A stretch of 64,000 nucleotides of DNA from an uncultured Gammaproteobacteria bacterium (GCA_964560005.1 CAZLKB010000001.1:77079-141078), one strand, 5' to 3'; positions 42,387 to 51,990 are shown, counted from the stretch's first letter. The notes: generated by a model from the sequence alone, not told the origin. Numbers and translations: made by a program.

Positions 42387-43328
42387 CTATTTAATCTTGC
42401 ATGCTTTTTTAAGCTCCGCTAAATCGTCTGCGGTAATCTGATTGTTCCCGCTTTCATTTAATCTATACATAATCGCCTCGGGGTTGTTTAAATGTTCCAG
42501 GCCTAAGGCATGACCCAGCTCGTGCGCCAAGACTCTGACTAACTGCTCCTTAGTATCAAATTGATAGATATTGATCCTTTGGCCGGATTGATCGCTCACA
42601 TATTCCCCCTCTTGGAATTCACCGGTAGTTTTCTCGCCGATATTATTATAATTACTGACATTTAAATTAAGCTCGTAGATTAAGCGATTTATGACGCTGG
42701 CTGCCGCGTTAATATTTTCTACGGTTTTATTGATTATCTCCTGTTTCTGTTTAATTTTTTCCACTAAGTTATTTAAATTTTTTCTCTCCTCGTCCAGTAT
42801 GGCGAATTCATCTGGTGTGGCTCCGCCGCGCCGGTTGGCCGCCTTGACCTCGTCTTCATAATCAGCCTTCTGCTCCTCGAAATATTTTATTAAACTGTCA
42901 ATCTCGGTTTTTTGCGCTTGGTAGGTTTTATTAAAGGCGTTGTATTTACTTTTTAAAGTTTCATAAGTAGCCTGATCGCTATGTATCTCTATGCCTAATT
43001 TTTTTAATTTATCCGTGGCTTCCTGCCGCGAATCGTAAATTAGATTTATACTTAAGGCGCCGCTTTCAGTAAAAGCGAATAATTTCTTATTAAGCGGCTT
43101 CTCCCAGATCTCAGCCGCCCGGCTTATGGCTTTTAATAAATCATCTCGGCTGACGCCAAATTCTTCATCGAGATTATGGACGGTATACTTGATTGATTCG
43201 CCGCAGGGGCTGACTATTTTATTTAAATTGCTGATCGCCAGCTTAATATCGGCTTCAAAATATAAAACCAAACCGGTAACTAGCGCCAGGATTAATAGAT
43301 ATTGGGCTATTTTATAAAAAACTTTCAT
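42387..43328 (-). CDS. Membrane-anchored metzincin (matrixin-like) zinc protease
   Basis: HELGHALGLEH followed by the Met-turn AIMY. N-terminal TM segment and a coiled-coil-like middle. Confidence 0.7.
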   Translation of the reverse strand: MKVFYKIAQYLLILALVTGLVLYFEADIKLAISNLNKIVSPCGESIKYTVHNLDEEFGVSRDDLLKAISRAAEIWEKPLNKKLFAFTESGALSINLIYDSRQEATDKLKKLGIEIHSDQATYETLKSKYNAFNKTYQAQKTEIDSLIKYFEEQKADYEDEVKAANRRGGATPDEFAILDEERKNLNNLVEKIKQKQEIINKTVENINAAASVINRLIYELNLNVSNYNNIGEKTTGEFQEGEYVSDQSGQRINIYQFDTKEQLVRVLAHELGHALGLEHLNNPEAIMYRLNESGNNQITADDLAELKKACKIK

Positions 43329-43570
43329 ATATTAATCTAGACAGTTGGCTTAGTATCTAAAAACTATCATAAAACCGTTTATTTTTCAATGAATAAGACG
43401 ACGGCTTGTTCTAAGACTGAATTTTAATCGGATAATCCAAAGGTTTTATTTGAATTTGCACTTTCTAAATAATAAGGTAGAATAGAAATATAGGAGAAAA
43501 AGACACTTGCCTGGAAAACGCTCAATGTGATGAATAATGTCACGGCGTAAAAGCAATATTTAAATTGATT

Positions 43571-44620
43571 ATGAGAAAAATTATTTTTCTTTTCATAGTT
43601 GCTGTTATAGTTTATTCGCCGCAGGCCGCCAGCGGCGCGCATTACGCCGGGGCAGCCGTCGGTTATATACTTTTACAGGTTGAAGCCAACGGCGAGGCTT
43701 GGTATGTTTATCCGACTAACGGCAAAGCCTACTACTTGGGCCGTCCAGCTGACGCTTTTAAGATTATGAAGACGCTGGCCCTCGGCGCCAAGCATGATTT
43801 TGTGGCGAACACGGAGATTTTTCCCGAAAGGCTGTCCGGCCTGATCCTCTTAGATGTGGAAAATAACGGCGAAGCCTATTATATTTACCCGGGCGACAGA
43901 AAAAAATATTACTTGGGCCGGCCGGCTGACGCTTTTCGCATTATGCGCGAACTTGGCCGCGGCATAACCAATGCTGATTTAGCCAATATTCCCGTGGGCG
44001 TAATCGGAGAACCGATTGCCGATTTTGCTGTCCACGAAAAAATCCTTATAAACAATGTGCCTTTTACCTCGCAGGCGCCTTTCGGCGACTGGGCGGATCA
44101 ACGCCAGCAGGACGGCTGTGAAGAAGCCTCGGCTCTAATGGCGGTCAAATGGGCGCGCGGCCAGAGCTTAACTAAGGATGAAGCCTTGAAAGAAATAACC
44201 GGCATGTCTGATTGGCTCTTAAAAAATTACGGCGAATACCGCGACATCTCTACGCAAAACATGATTGATTGGATTTTTAAAGACTATTTTAATTATAATA
44301 AAGCAGTCTTAGTCCACGAAATAACCGTAAATGATATTATCCAGGAGTTGGCCAAGGGCAATCTGGTGCTTACTCCGATGAACGGCCAAATAATGCATAA
44401 CCCTAACTATAAACATCCGGGACCGCCGAGGCACATGATAGTTATCCGCGGCTACGATCCGGCGGCAAAAAAATTTATCACCAACGACCCGGGGACCAGA
44501 AACGGTGAACTTTACCGCTACGACGCTACCGTGCTTTATGAGGCTATCCGCGACTATCCCACCGGCTACCACGAAATCATTGCCGAAATAAAAAAAACCA
44601 TGATCATTGTTAGCAAATAA
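43571..44620 (+). CDS. Secreted C39-like peptidase-domain protein
   Basis: Signal peptide, two GEAWYVYP..YYLGRPADAF repeats, then VPFTSQAPFGDW..DGCEEAS. Start moved from TTG to the ATG at 43571. Confidence 0.6.
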   Translation: MRKIIFLFIVAVIVYSPQAASGAHYAGAAVGYILLQVEANGEAWYVYPTNGKAYYLGRPADAFKIMKTLALGAKHDFVANTEIFPERLSGLILLDVENNGEAYYIYPGDRKKYYLGRPADAFRIMRELGRGITNADLANIPVGVIGEPIADFAVHEKILINNVPFTSQAPFGDWADQRQQDGCEEASALMAVKWARGQSLTKDEALKEITGMSDWLLKNYGEYRDISTQNMIDWIFKDYFNYNKAVLVHEITVNDIIQELAKGNLVLTPMNGQIMHNPNYKHPGPPRHMIVIRGYDPAAKKFITNDPGTRNGELYRYDATVLYEAIRDYPTGYHEIIAEIKKTMIIVSK

Positions 44621-44654
44621 ACTGAATTTTTTCCTTTGTATTTTAAATTAACAC

Positions 44655-44684
44655 AAAACCGCCAATCTACGGCGGTTTTGTTAT
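44655..44684. terminator. Bidirectional hairpin terminator
   Basis: AAAACCGCC-AATCTAC-GGCGGTTTT between convergent genes. Confidence 0.6.
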
Positions 44685-44763
44685 TTATCAGTTGAAACAA
44701 ATATTTGGATCCCTTATAAATTTATCCACTAAGCAGACAAATGGCCAAACAAAATTCGCGAAA

Positions 44764-46215
44764 TTAGACTTTACCCAAATCCAAGTAATCATCAAATTTT
44801 ATTTCTTTAACGAAGTCCGGCATATGGCTAACCATAATCATAGCGCCTTCATACTGATTAATCGCCTTGGCGATTACGGGCAAATGGCGAAAATTAATAT
44901 GATTGGTCGGCTCGTCTAAAATTAAGAGCCCGGGCTGCATCAGCTTTAAACGAGCGAAAGATAATAATCCCTTTTGCCCTTCAGACAGCTCGTTGACTTT
45001 ACGACCCATTAAGTCTCCGCCGATTAAAAATCCGGCGGCGATTGATCTCATGGTTTGCGAGTCGGTGCCTTGCGCCAGGACGCTTGAAAGCGAATCAAAA
45101 ACCGTTTGGCTAAAGTCCAAATTGGCAAAATCCTGGCTATAATAGCCCACGCGCGCCTGATCCAAAATTTTCGCCTGTTCATTTTTATTGGCGACCAGCG
45201 AGCGTAAAAATGTGCTCTTGCCTACGCCGTTCGGGCCGGTAACTAAGAGATGCGTCCCCTGGCGGATGACCTTATCCACTGCTTTTATTATCGGCTCATG
45301 ATTATGGATAACTTTGACGGCGTTAATTCTAACAATATCGCCGACAATTTCTTGTTTAATAATTTTAAACTCTCTAATGGTTTTATCTTCTTGCCTGACA
45401 TCTACCATCTCCTCTTCAAGCTCGGCGGTTTCATCTTTAAGCTTTTTAGCCAGCTTGCGCATTTTGCCGCCCTTATAGGCGAAAAAATTCACCTTCTCTT
45501 TGCGATCTATAATCTGCTTTTTGAGCTGGGCGTTTTTCCGCTGCTCGCGCAAAACCCTTTCGGCGATTTCTTCCACCACCGAGTAATAATCGCCGACATA
45601 GGTCTCGATTTTACGAGTAAAAATATCCAGATATATTACGCCCTCGGTAAAACAATTTAAAAAATCCGCGTCGTGAGAAATTACTATCACGGTTTTATCA
45701 TACATAACTAAAAATTCAACTAGATGGTCTATCCCCGGGCGATCAAGATTGTTGGTCGGTTCATCTAATAGAAGAATGTCCGGATCTTGGATTAGGGCGA
45801 AAGCTAATAATAGCCTGGCTTGCTGTCCGCCGGAAAGATCGCCTACCCGTTTGTCCATCGCCACCTCTAAGTTCACGGCTGATAAAACTTTGGCAATCCT
45901 GCTGGCTATATTAGCCGGCGCCACGGCGAAAGCTTTAATAAAATATTCTTTTATGGATAGGCTGAAATTTTCCCGCGCCATTACCTGGCGAGCGGTAGCG
46001 ATAGTGGCTCCGCCGGTAATGCCTATCCTGCCGGAGGCTGGTTTTAACTCTCCCATGATTAAAGCAAAAATCGAGCTCTTACCCGCTCCATTCTGGCCCA
46101 TTAAAGTAATTTTGGAATTTTTTCGTACGCTAAAACTAGCCTGGTCCAAAATAGGCTTATTGTGCTCGTATTCAAAGCTGACTTCGTCAAACCGTAAAAT
46201 TACTTCCTCGGCCAT
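44764..46215 (-). CDS. ABC-F family ATPase
   Basis: Two ABC cassettes (GQNGAGKSS, GPNGVGKST), a linker, and no TM domain. Confidence 0.85.
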   Translation of the reverse strand: MAEEVILRFDEVSFEYEHNKPILDQASFSVRKNSKITLMGQNGAGKSSIFALIMGELKPASGRIGITGGATIATARQVMARENFSLSIKEYFIKAFAVAPANIASRIAKVLSAVNLEVAMDKRVGDLSGGQQARLLLAFALIQDPDILLLDEPTNNLDRPGIDHLVEFLVMYDKTVIVISHDADFLNCFTEGVIYLDIFTRKIETYVGDYYSVVEEIAERVLREQRKNAQLKKQIIDRKEKVNFFAYKGGKMRKLAKKLKDETAELEEEMVDVRQEDKTIREFKIIKQEIVGDIVRINAVKVIHNHEPIIKAVDKVIRQGTHLLVTGPNGVGKSTFLRSLVANKNEQAKILDQARVGYYSQDFANLDFSQTVFDSLSSVLAQGTDSQTMRSIAAGFLIGGDLMGRKVNELSEGQKGLLSFARLKLMQPGLLILDEPTNHINFRHLPVIAKAINQYEGAMIMVSHMPDFVKEIKFDDYLDLGKV

Positions 46216-46310
46216 ATAAAATAAAAAAGGCGCCGATTACGCCGTTAGTTTCAGCATAGCATGTTATTTTAAAAAGTCCAGGTCAAAGACCATCCTCTGA
46301 TTTTTCTTGG

Positions 46311-46339
46311 TTGCAAAAATATTCAAATTTTTTTATACT
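46311..46339 (+). promoter_or_regulatory. Candidate sigma70-type promoter giving a leaderless greA mRNA
   Basis: TTGCAA (46311-46316), 17 nt, TATACT (46334-46339), then 6 nt to the ATG at 46346. Confidence 0.4.
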
Positions 46340-46345
46340 TAACCA

Positions 46346-46843
46346 ATGAGAATACCAATCAGAAAACCCGGCAAATATACCCACCTCAAACCCGACCAGT
46401 ATATTACCGAAGAAAAATATAATGAGCTGAAAAATAAGCTGGATCGTCTTAAATTTAACCGTCCGCGCCTGGCTAGCGAGGTTAAACGGCTGGCTGAATT
46501 CGGGGACTTTTCGGAAAACGCGGAGTATCAAATCGCCAAAGGCAGCCTTAGGGGCATGAATCAAAAAATTTTAGAGATAGAAGACCATCTAAGGCGCGCC
46601 GTGATAATCAAGCCGGTTAATAATTCAGGCAAAATACGGTTAGGCTGCAGCGCCACCGTGGAAATTGATGGCCGGGAAAGGACCTACTTGATCCTGGGCT
46701 CTGCGGAGACCAATCCCGGGCGAGGCGTAATTTCCCATAACTCGCCCATCGGTGCGAGCTTGATGGGCAAAAAAATCGGCGATAAAATAAAAATTAAATT
46801 AGCTGATAAAATGGTCGAATGTAAAATTATCAAGATTGAATAA
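46346..46843 (+). CDS. greA: Transcription elongation factor GreA
   Basis: 165 aa. EFGDFSENAEYQIAKG coiled-coil tip and a C-terminal FKBP-like domain. Confidence 0.85.
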   Translation: MRIPIRKPGKYTHLKPDQYITEEKYNELKNKLDRLKFNRPRLASEVKRLAEFGDFSENAEYQIAKGSLRGMNQKILEIEDHLRRAVIIKPVNNSGKIRLGCSATVEIDGRERTYLILGSAETNPGRGVISHNSPIGASLMGKKIGDKIKIKLADKMVECKIIKIE

Positions 46844-46887
46844 TAAATAATTAGTCATCAGTAATATTTTATTATTAAAATGTAATT

Positions 46888-47181
46888 ATGGAAAAAGAAA
46901 TGAAATCAAACCAAAGTGAAAGCGAATTTTTATCAACATTTTCTGAAGCAGTCAATAATCCGCCATCCTCAGAAAACTTAAAAAATTTAATCGAGATGGA
47001 GAACGGTCCGCGAAGAGATGCTCTGCTCTTGGCTTATTGCGTTGGTCATGGAAAAAATGAAATGAAATTTGGCACCTTTCCCAAACAAGAGGTCGTTAAC
47101 TCTGAACTAAAGGCTTTCGAATCTCTAGTTGAGCGTCAAGCTAGTCCCTTGGAGCGGCAGCTACTCGAAAACAAAATTTAA
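46888..47181 (+). CDS. Hypothetical protein
   Basis: 97 aa, ATG start, no recognised motif. Confidence 0.4.
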   Translation: MEKEMKSNQSESEFLSTFSEAVNNPPSSENLKNLIEMENGPRRDALLLAYCVGHGKNEMKFGTFPKQEVVNSELKAFESLVERQASPLERQLLENKI

Positions 47182-47247
47182 AACAAATTAATAATCATAA
47201 AATCTGCCTATATCGAAAATTTTTATCATTTAATAAACCACTAAGCC

Positions 47248-47276
47248 CAGTATAAATTATCTTATAATTTATACTG
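47248..47276. terminator. Perfect 13-bp palindrome between convergent genes
   Basis: CAGTATAAATTAT-CTT-ATAATTTATACTG. Confidence 0.45.
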
Positions 47277-47279
47277 TTT

Positions 47280-47765
47280 CTAAATATCCTTGGACTTCAT
47301 TTGTTCATAATTTCTCTTTTTTCCTAAAGGCTCCCGATCATGGCCAGTTTGCTTTTTATATTCCTCGCTGGCTTCTTTAGTAATCATATAAACGCGGCTG
47401 GCTTCGCCCTTTTTGACTACCACGCCCTTGGTGCCGCCCGGTATTTCAAACCAAGTTTTCTTTTCGTAGCCTCGTTCAATCGGGATCTTAACCGTTTCGG
47501 GATGCAAATAGTCCCACTTGCCTTGCTTTAAAGATTCTTCTCTGGCCCAGCCGGTTTTTGGCAATTTTACATTTTCGTCGTTATTGCCCCAAAGAATTAA
47601 TTGCTCGCCGTCTTTTCCGGCAACCGGCAGGACCGCTTCTTTTTGCCAAAAAAATGATTCAATCTTTCCGGTTGTTTTAAATCTCTTAATTAATTCCGGC
47701 GAATAATACTTCTTCAATTCCCGCTCCGGAATATTTTTTATTCTAAAACCCACTCCGCCGCACAT
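47280..47765 (-). CDS. SRAP (SOS-response-associated peptidase)-like protein, short and divergent
   Basis: Starts MCGG (Cys2). WGNN..GWAREES, IPIERGYEK and GHDREP align by eye with the YedK motifs WG..NARVET, ADGWFEW and IHDRRP. Confidence 0.55.
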   Translation of the reverse strand: MCGGVGFRIKNIPERELKKYYSPELIKRFKTTGKIESFFWQKEAVLPVAGKDGEQLILWGNNDENVKLPKTGWAREESLKQGKWDYLHPETVKIPIERGYEKKTWFEIPGGTKGVVVKKGEASRVYMITKEASEEYKKQTGHDREPLGKKRNYEQMKSKDI

Positions 47766-47820
47766 AGGTTGAAAAGTTAATTTACATTTATTATAAATTG
47801 TGCTAATTGCAGAGGTAAAG

Positions 47821-47916
47821 TTTTGGCTAAATTTATTTATTTTTGAAGCGAGGACTGACCGGCCGGCACATAATGAATTTGATCCGCAGCGAAAAAATAA
47901 ATGAATTTAGCCAAAA
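47821..47916 (+). repeat. Structured element, type A, minimal copy A4
   Basis: Arms TTTTGGCTAAATTTATTTAT / ATAAATGAATTTAGCCAAAA. Core TTTTGAAGCGAGGACTGACCGGCCGGCAC..GATCCGCAGCGAAAAAA. Confidence 0.7.
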
Positions 47917-47961
47917 CTATAATCATCAGCTAACACAATCCATATTTATATTATACCATTA

Positions 47962-49170
47962 TTACCCCACTTTCCTAAAGCCGATTCTATCTTTGGCCAG
48001 ACTCTCCATGCCGAACATCCGACCGCGCACCACCGTATATTCGCCGTACTTGTCATTAATCTTATCCAAGGCGCGGCTTAAATCTTTCTTAGCCAGATTA
48101 TCCTCAAAGAGCGACATCTGGCCGGTGACTGACGACAGAGAGCCTACCGAAACCGCCAGCATCCGCACCGGCAGAATGAGCTCGGCTTTTTCTAAAATTT
48201 GATTGGCGTGTTTAAATATTTCTTCGGTCCTAAACATCCTTTCTTTGGTTTTAAAACTCTTAAAATAGCCACCCTCTCTTAAATACGACCAGCCGACCTG
48301 CAGACTTTCCGCCTCCATCTCGCTGTCTCGCAGGCGCCTGCCGGTTTTTTCGCATAATTTATAGAGCACGCCGCCTAAATATTTTTTGTCGGTCGTGCGC
48401 TTAGGCAGGCAATAGGAATGGCCGATTGACTTGGGCGCGGGCGCGCCTTGGTTCACTCGGCTAATCTCTAGTCCGTTAACATTGGCCCAGAGATAATAGC
48501 CGTAGCGCCCTAAGCTCCGCCTTATTTTATCCTGGCTGTAATTTCTTAGATCAAGTAAATTTTTAATTCCCAGTAAATTCAGCCGCGCCTCCAGCCGCGT
48601 ATTTATTCCCCAAGCATCGCACAAGGGCCTGTCGCGCAGCAATCCCGCCAGTTTATTTTGATCTTCTATGACTAAGATACTTTTCTTCGGCGCCACATCG
48701 CCGGCGAATTTAGCTAAAAATTTCGTCCAGGAAATTCCGATTGAGCAGCTTAACCATTCTCCGGCCTCTGCTTTTATCCTCGCTTGTATTTTTTCCGCCA
48801 AACGAACGGCTTGATTAAAATCTTTTACCCAGCCGCTTAAATCAAGAAAGGCTTCGTCAATGCTATACGGTTCAACCGTACCGCTATAGCTTCCCAAAAT
48901 ATCAAAAATCTTTTCCGTGGTGGAGCGGTACTTGGCCGGTTCATTTTCTACCAGGATTACTCTGGGATCCAATTTTTTTGCTTCGTTCACTCGGCAGCCG
49001 GTTCTGATGCCGCGCGCCTTAGCTTCTACGGATGAAGCAATAATACAGCCGCCGGGAGAAAGATAAGAACAAACGCCAACCGCTCGACCTCTTAAAAATG
49101 GATTGGCCTGCTGCTCCACCGACGCGAAATAGCTATTCATATCAATATGCAATATAATTTTATTTTTCAT
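47962..49170 (-). CDS. dinB: DNA polymerase IV (Y-family)
   Basis: 402 aa. ILHIDMNSYFASVEQ and SIDEAFLD motifs. Confidence 0.9.
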   Translation of the reverse strand: MKNKIILHIDMNSYFASVEQQANPFLRGRAVGVCSYLSPGGCIIASSVEAKARGIRTGCRVNEAKKLDPRVILVENEPAKYRSTTEKIFDILGSYSGTVEPYSIDEAFLDLSGWVKDFNQAVRLAEKIQARIKAEAGEWLSCSIGISWTKFLAKFAGDVAPKKSILVIEDQNKLAGLLRDRPLCDAWGINTRLEARLNLLGIKNLLDLRNYSQDKIRRSLGRYGYYLWANVNGLEISRVNQGAPAPKSIGHSYCLPKRTTDKKYLGGVLYKLCEKTGRRLRDSEMEAESLQVGWSYLREGGYFKSFKTKERMFRTEEIFKHANQILEKAELILPVRMLAVSVGSLSSVTGQMSLFEDNLAKKDLSRALDKINDKYGEYTVVRGRMFGMESLAKDRIGFRKVG

Positions 49171-49205
49171 ATACTATCCAAACTATCAAGGCTTGGCTAA
49201 AAAAA

Positions 49206-49454
49206 TCAACCGTCAAAAAATAATTCCTGGAGGCGCCAGCTTAAATCGCGGGTAAAAAAGGCCAAGCGAAAATAATTTACTTTATCCGAAACGCTGAAAT
49301 AATAAATTTTATCATTGCCGCTCTTTTCCTTGTGCACTAAATTCAATTTTTCTATACGATAAGTTTTGCCGCGCCATTTAAAAAAGGTGGGCATGACTTT
49401 ATGTTGAGCAAAATTAACTGAAACCTCAATTGGTTCATTTACTTTTTCCAGCAT
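49206..49454 (-). CDS. Hypothetical small protein, first gene of the dinB transcription unit
   Basis: 82 aa. ATG start 30 nt downstream of a canonical promoter. Confidence 0.45.
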   Translation of the reverse strand: MLEKVNEPIEVSVNFAQHKVMPTFFKWRGKTYRIEKLNLVHKEKSGNDKIYYFSVSDKVNYFRLAFFTRDLSWRLQELFFDG

Positions 49455-49481
49455 AATTTTAGGGTAAGTTATTACTTCTAT

Positions 49482-49509
49482 ATTATAGCGAACAAAAAGC
49501 GAAAGTCAA
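49482..49509 (-). promoter_or_regulatory. Canonical sigma70-type promoter
   Basis: On the minus strand: TTGACT (rc 49504-49509), 16 nt, TATAAT (rc 49482-49487). Confidence 0.5.
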
Positions 49510-49516
49510 GCCTACC

Positions 49517-49546
49517 AAAAAACCGCTGATTTATAGCGGTTTTTTG
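49517..49546. terminator. Bidirectional hairpin terminator
   Basis: AAAAAACCGCT-GATTTAT-AGCGGTTTTTT. Confidence 0.6.
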
Positions 49547-49615
49547 TTTGCTTATTAGAAAATGTTGCTCCTTTATGGACCTATCTTACAAATTGAAAAT
49601 TATTGTTCCCGATTA

Positions 49616-50986
49616 TTAATCTCGAGCCACACTGTACCAATCAATCTTACGCGACACCGTCATAACCAGCGCTAAGATGGCTAACAGCCCGAGCGAACCG
49701 ACCAGCAAAGAATAATCCTCCAACTGTAATATCACGAAAATAAAGCCATAGACAAAAGTAAGAATCAGCGCCTCCAGTAAGGCCGGCCGCCAGGCTTTAA
49801 AGATTGACTTTGAATACAAGGTAATTAAACCGATAATCGTCAGAGCCGATAAAAGATAGGCGGTTTTAAAGCCGAGATATTCGGAAATAGATAAGAGTAA
49901 GAGATAGAATAAAGCCAGGGCTAAGCCGATTAAAATATATTGAAGCGGATGCACGCGCGAGCCGCGCATCGCTTCGTAAAAAAATAGCACCAGAAAAGTC
50001 AGAGATAAAAGCATAATCGCATATTTAAGGGCTCGAACGATTTCCTGATATTCATCAGCCGGAACCAATAATCTTACGCCGAAATTACCCTGATTGATGA
50101 CGCCGGCCTGGGAAATCGCCGGCATCTTTTCACTAAAGCTCGTCTGCATCATCGGTTCTACCGCTCCTAATTGGCCTAAAAACTTTTGCGGATAACTGCG
50201 ATTGAGTTCTAAGACTTTCCACTTAGCCGTAAAACCGGCCTGATTGATCGTATGGCTTTCCGGTAAGAAAGCGCCCTGGAAACTGGGGTCGGCCCAAGCC
50301 GAACTTACTTCTACTTGGGTAGCGCGCCCTAAGGGAGCGAAATAAAGATCTCGGCTGCCATTAAGCGATAGGGTTATTTTAAAATTCTCGCCGCTGTTAT
50401 TACTCTGGCTTAAATCTATGTCGGCATTGATTCCTATCGCCACCACATCACCGGTTTTAACCCCCGGATTAAACGGCTGCTTTTTATTTCCCCATTCCAA
50501 ATCAAGATTCTCTTTAATGCCGCGCGTATCCGGAATGCCCAAAGTCACAAAGGCTTGCTTATATAGAATATCGTCTTTGGCAATATCCCACTTGGAAAAA
50601 TCCGGGGCCAAAAATCGGCCGCTGATTTCCAGGTTGGCATTATACACCACCACCTCATAAATCCCGCGCTGGCGCTTTTCCGGATCAACCATGCCTTTAA
50701 TATTTAATTCTTCGGGCAAAAAATGGGCATAACGAATCGTCTCGTCAATCACCGTGCCTTCAGAGGTAATTCGTTCAACCTTATCTTTATACGGTATGGA
50801 TAAGATCGGACCGGTTATGGTCTGCTCATTGCCCCACTTGCCGCTGACTTCTCGGAAAGCTTCGTCCTGGCGGCTTTCCCTCTCATTGGTTAAAAACGCG
50901 ATCAGGCCGATCGGGATCATTAGGATCGCGATCAAAAAACCGATCACGAATAATTTTAAAGACAAAGATGTTCTGATGTTTAGCAT
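49616..50986 (-). CDS. creD: Cell envelope integrity protein CreD
   Basis: CreD-like N-terminus (ERESRQDEAFREVSGKWGNEQ) and a C-terminal multi-TM block. Start moved from GTG to the ATG at 50986. Confidence 0.75.
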   Translation of the reverse strand: MLNIRTSLSLKLFVIGFLIAILMIPIGLIAFLTNERESRQDEAFREVSGKWGNEQTITGPILSIPYKDKVERITSEGTVIDETIRYAHFLPEELNIKGMVDPEKRQRGIYEVVVYNANLEISGRFLAPDFSKWDIAKDDILYKQAFVTLGIPDTRGIKENLDLEWGNKKQPFNPGVKTGDVVAIGINADIDLSQSNNSGENFKITLSLNGSRDLYFAPLGRATQVEVSSAWADPSFQGAFLPESHTINQAGFTAKWKVLELNRSYPQKFLGQLGAVEPMMQTSFSEKMPAISQAGVINQGNFGVRLLVPADEYQEIVRALKYAIMLLSLTFLVLFFYEAMRGSRVHPLQYILIGLALALFYLLLLSISEYLGFKTAYLLSALTIIGLITLYSKSIFKAWRPALLEALILTFVYGFIFVILQLEDYSLLVGSLGLLAILALVMTVSRKIDWYSVARD

Positions 50987-51047
50987 ATATTTTCTCTTTA
51001 GTATTATTGCTTTCACCTTAGCACCTTAATCTTGGCTTAGCAATGGT

Positions 51048-51242
51048 TTAGTTATCAAAATTAAAAGCTCCGTAAGCGCAATTTTTCACGCAAAGGCCGC
51101 AAGTTATACATTTTTCTTGGTCAATTTCCGGAGCGTTAAAACCACGCTGGCTAATAGCGCCGACCGGGCAAACGCCAATAAGCGGACAAGGGTGGTCCTG
51201 AGGGCATTTTTCTTTATTAGCTATAATTTTTTTTCCTTCCAT
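51048..51242 (-). CDS. Small 4Fe-4S ferredoxin-like protein
   Basis: 64 aa from the ATG at 51242. CPLIGVCPVGA and CITCGLCVKNC. Confidence 0.55.
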   Translation of the reverse strand: MEGKKIIANKEKCPQDHPCPLIGVCPVGAISQRGFNAPEIDQEKCITCGLCVKNCAYGAFNFDN

Positions 51243-51433
51243 AAATTTATTTTTTATCTCTTTTAAAATAATAAGCCGCGTGCCAGAGGGTATGAAAAAT
51301 TGATACCAGTAAAAATGCCCAGCCGAAAACAAAGTGCCAATAGCTAATAATTAACCTCTAAGCCTGGACACCAGCGAATCCTTCCAATTATAGAAATAAG
51401 ATCCCTTGTAGAGCTATTTTAAATCAAAATTCC

Positions 51434-51934
51434 TTATTGAGCTTCCGTATTTCCCGCGTTCGGATTCGGGTCGTTAGGATCCGGACATTCGCCGTCAAAA
51501 TTGGACTCCATATTGCAATAAGTGCCATCGCTTCGTTTGCACATCGGGACCGGCGTGTCTAAGCCTTCAACTTGTCCGCCGGTAATGGCGCAATAAACCT
51601 CGGCGTCATTTACATAGCCGGTAATTTTTACTCCGCCAACCGGACATTGGCCGCGTAAGAGCGCCCACTCTTCGCATTGCCGGTTGTCTTCAAAAAGGCA
51701 GACGCCGTATTCGCCTTTTTTATTTTTTCTAATTTCAATCTTACCGCCTTTTTCCGCGCAATTAACGGATGCCGGATTGGCTAAATTAGCGCTTGGCTCA
51801 CCGGCGGTTTTATTAGCTTCAACTTCCGGAGCGCTTTTCCCGGCGGTGTCCAGCGGTTGGCTGGTAACGGAATTTTGGCAACCGGTTAAAATTAAAATTA
51901 AACCGGAGCCGAGAATTAAGAATCCTTTCATCAT
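51434..51934 (-). CDS. Lipoprotein with DUF333-like domain
   Basis: Lipobox LTGC. NPASVNCAEKGG..YGVCLFEDNRQCEEWALLRGQCP. Confidence 0.65.
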   Translation of the reverse strand: MMKGFLILGSGLILILTGCQNSVTSQPLDTAGKSAPEVEANKTAGEPSANLANPASVNCAEKGGKIEIRKNKKGEYGVCLFEDNRQCEEWALLRGQCPVGGVKITGYVNDAEVYCAITGGQVEGLDTPVPMCKRSDGTYCNMESNFDGECPDPNDPNPNAGNTEAQ

Positions 51935-51990
51935 AATATTGGTAAAAAATTATTAGCTGTTTTAGACTTTCTCCATTAATCACTCTTACT

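Noticed and set aside
43329-43570. Track ORF 43424-43642 (minus) and a possible small RNA in the 240-nt gap upstream of the C39-like gene.
   Set aside because: The ORF is AT-rich low-complexity sequence overlapping the start of the plus-strand gene. No conserved structure or repeat was recognisable in the gap.
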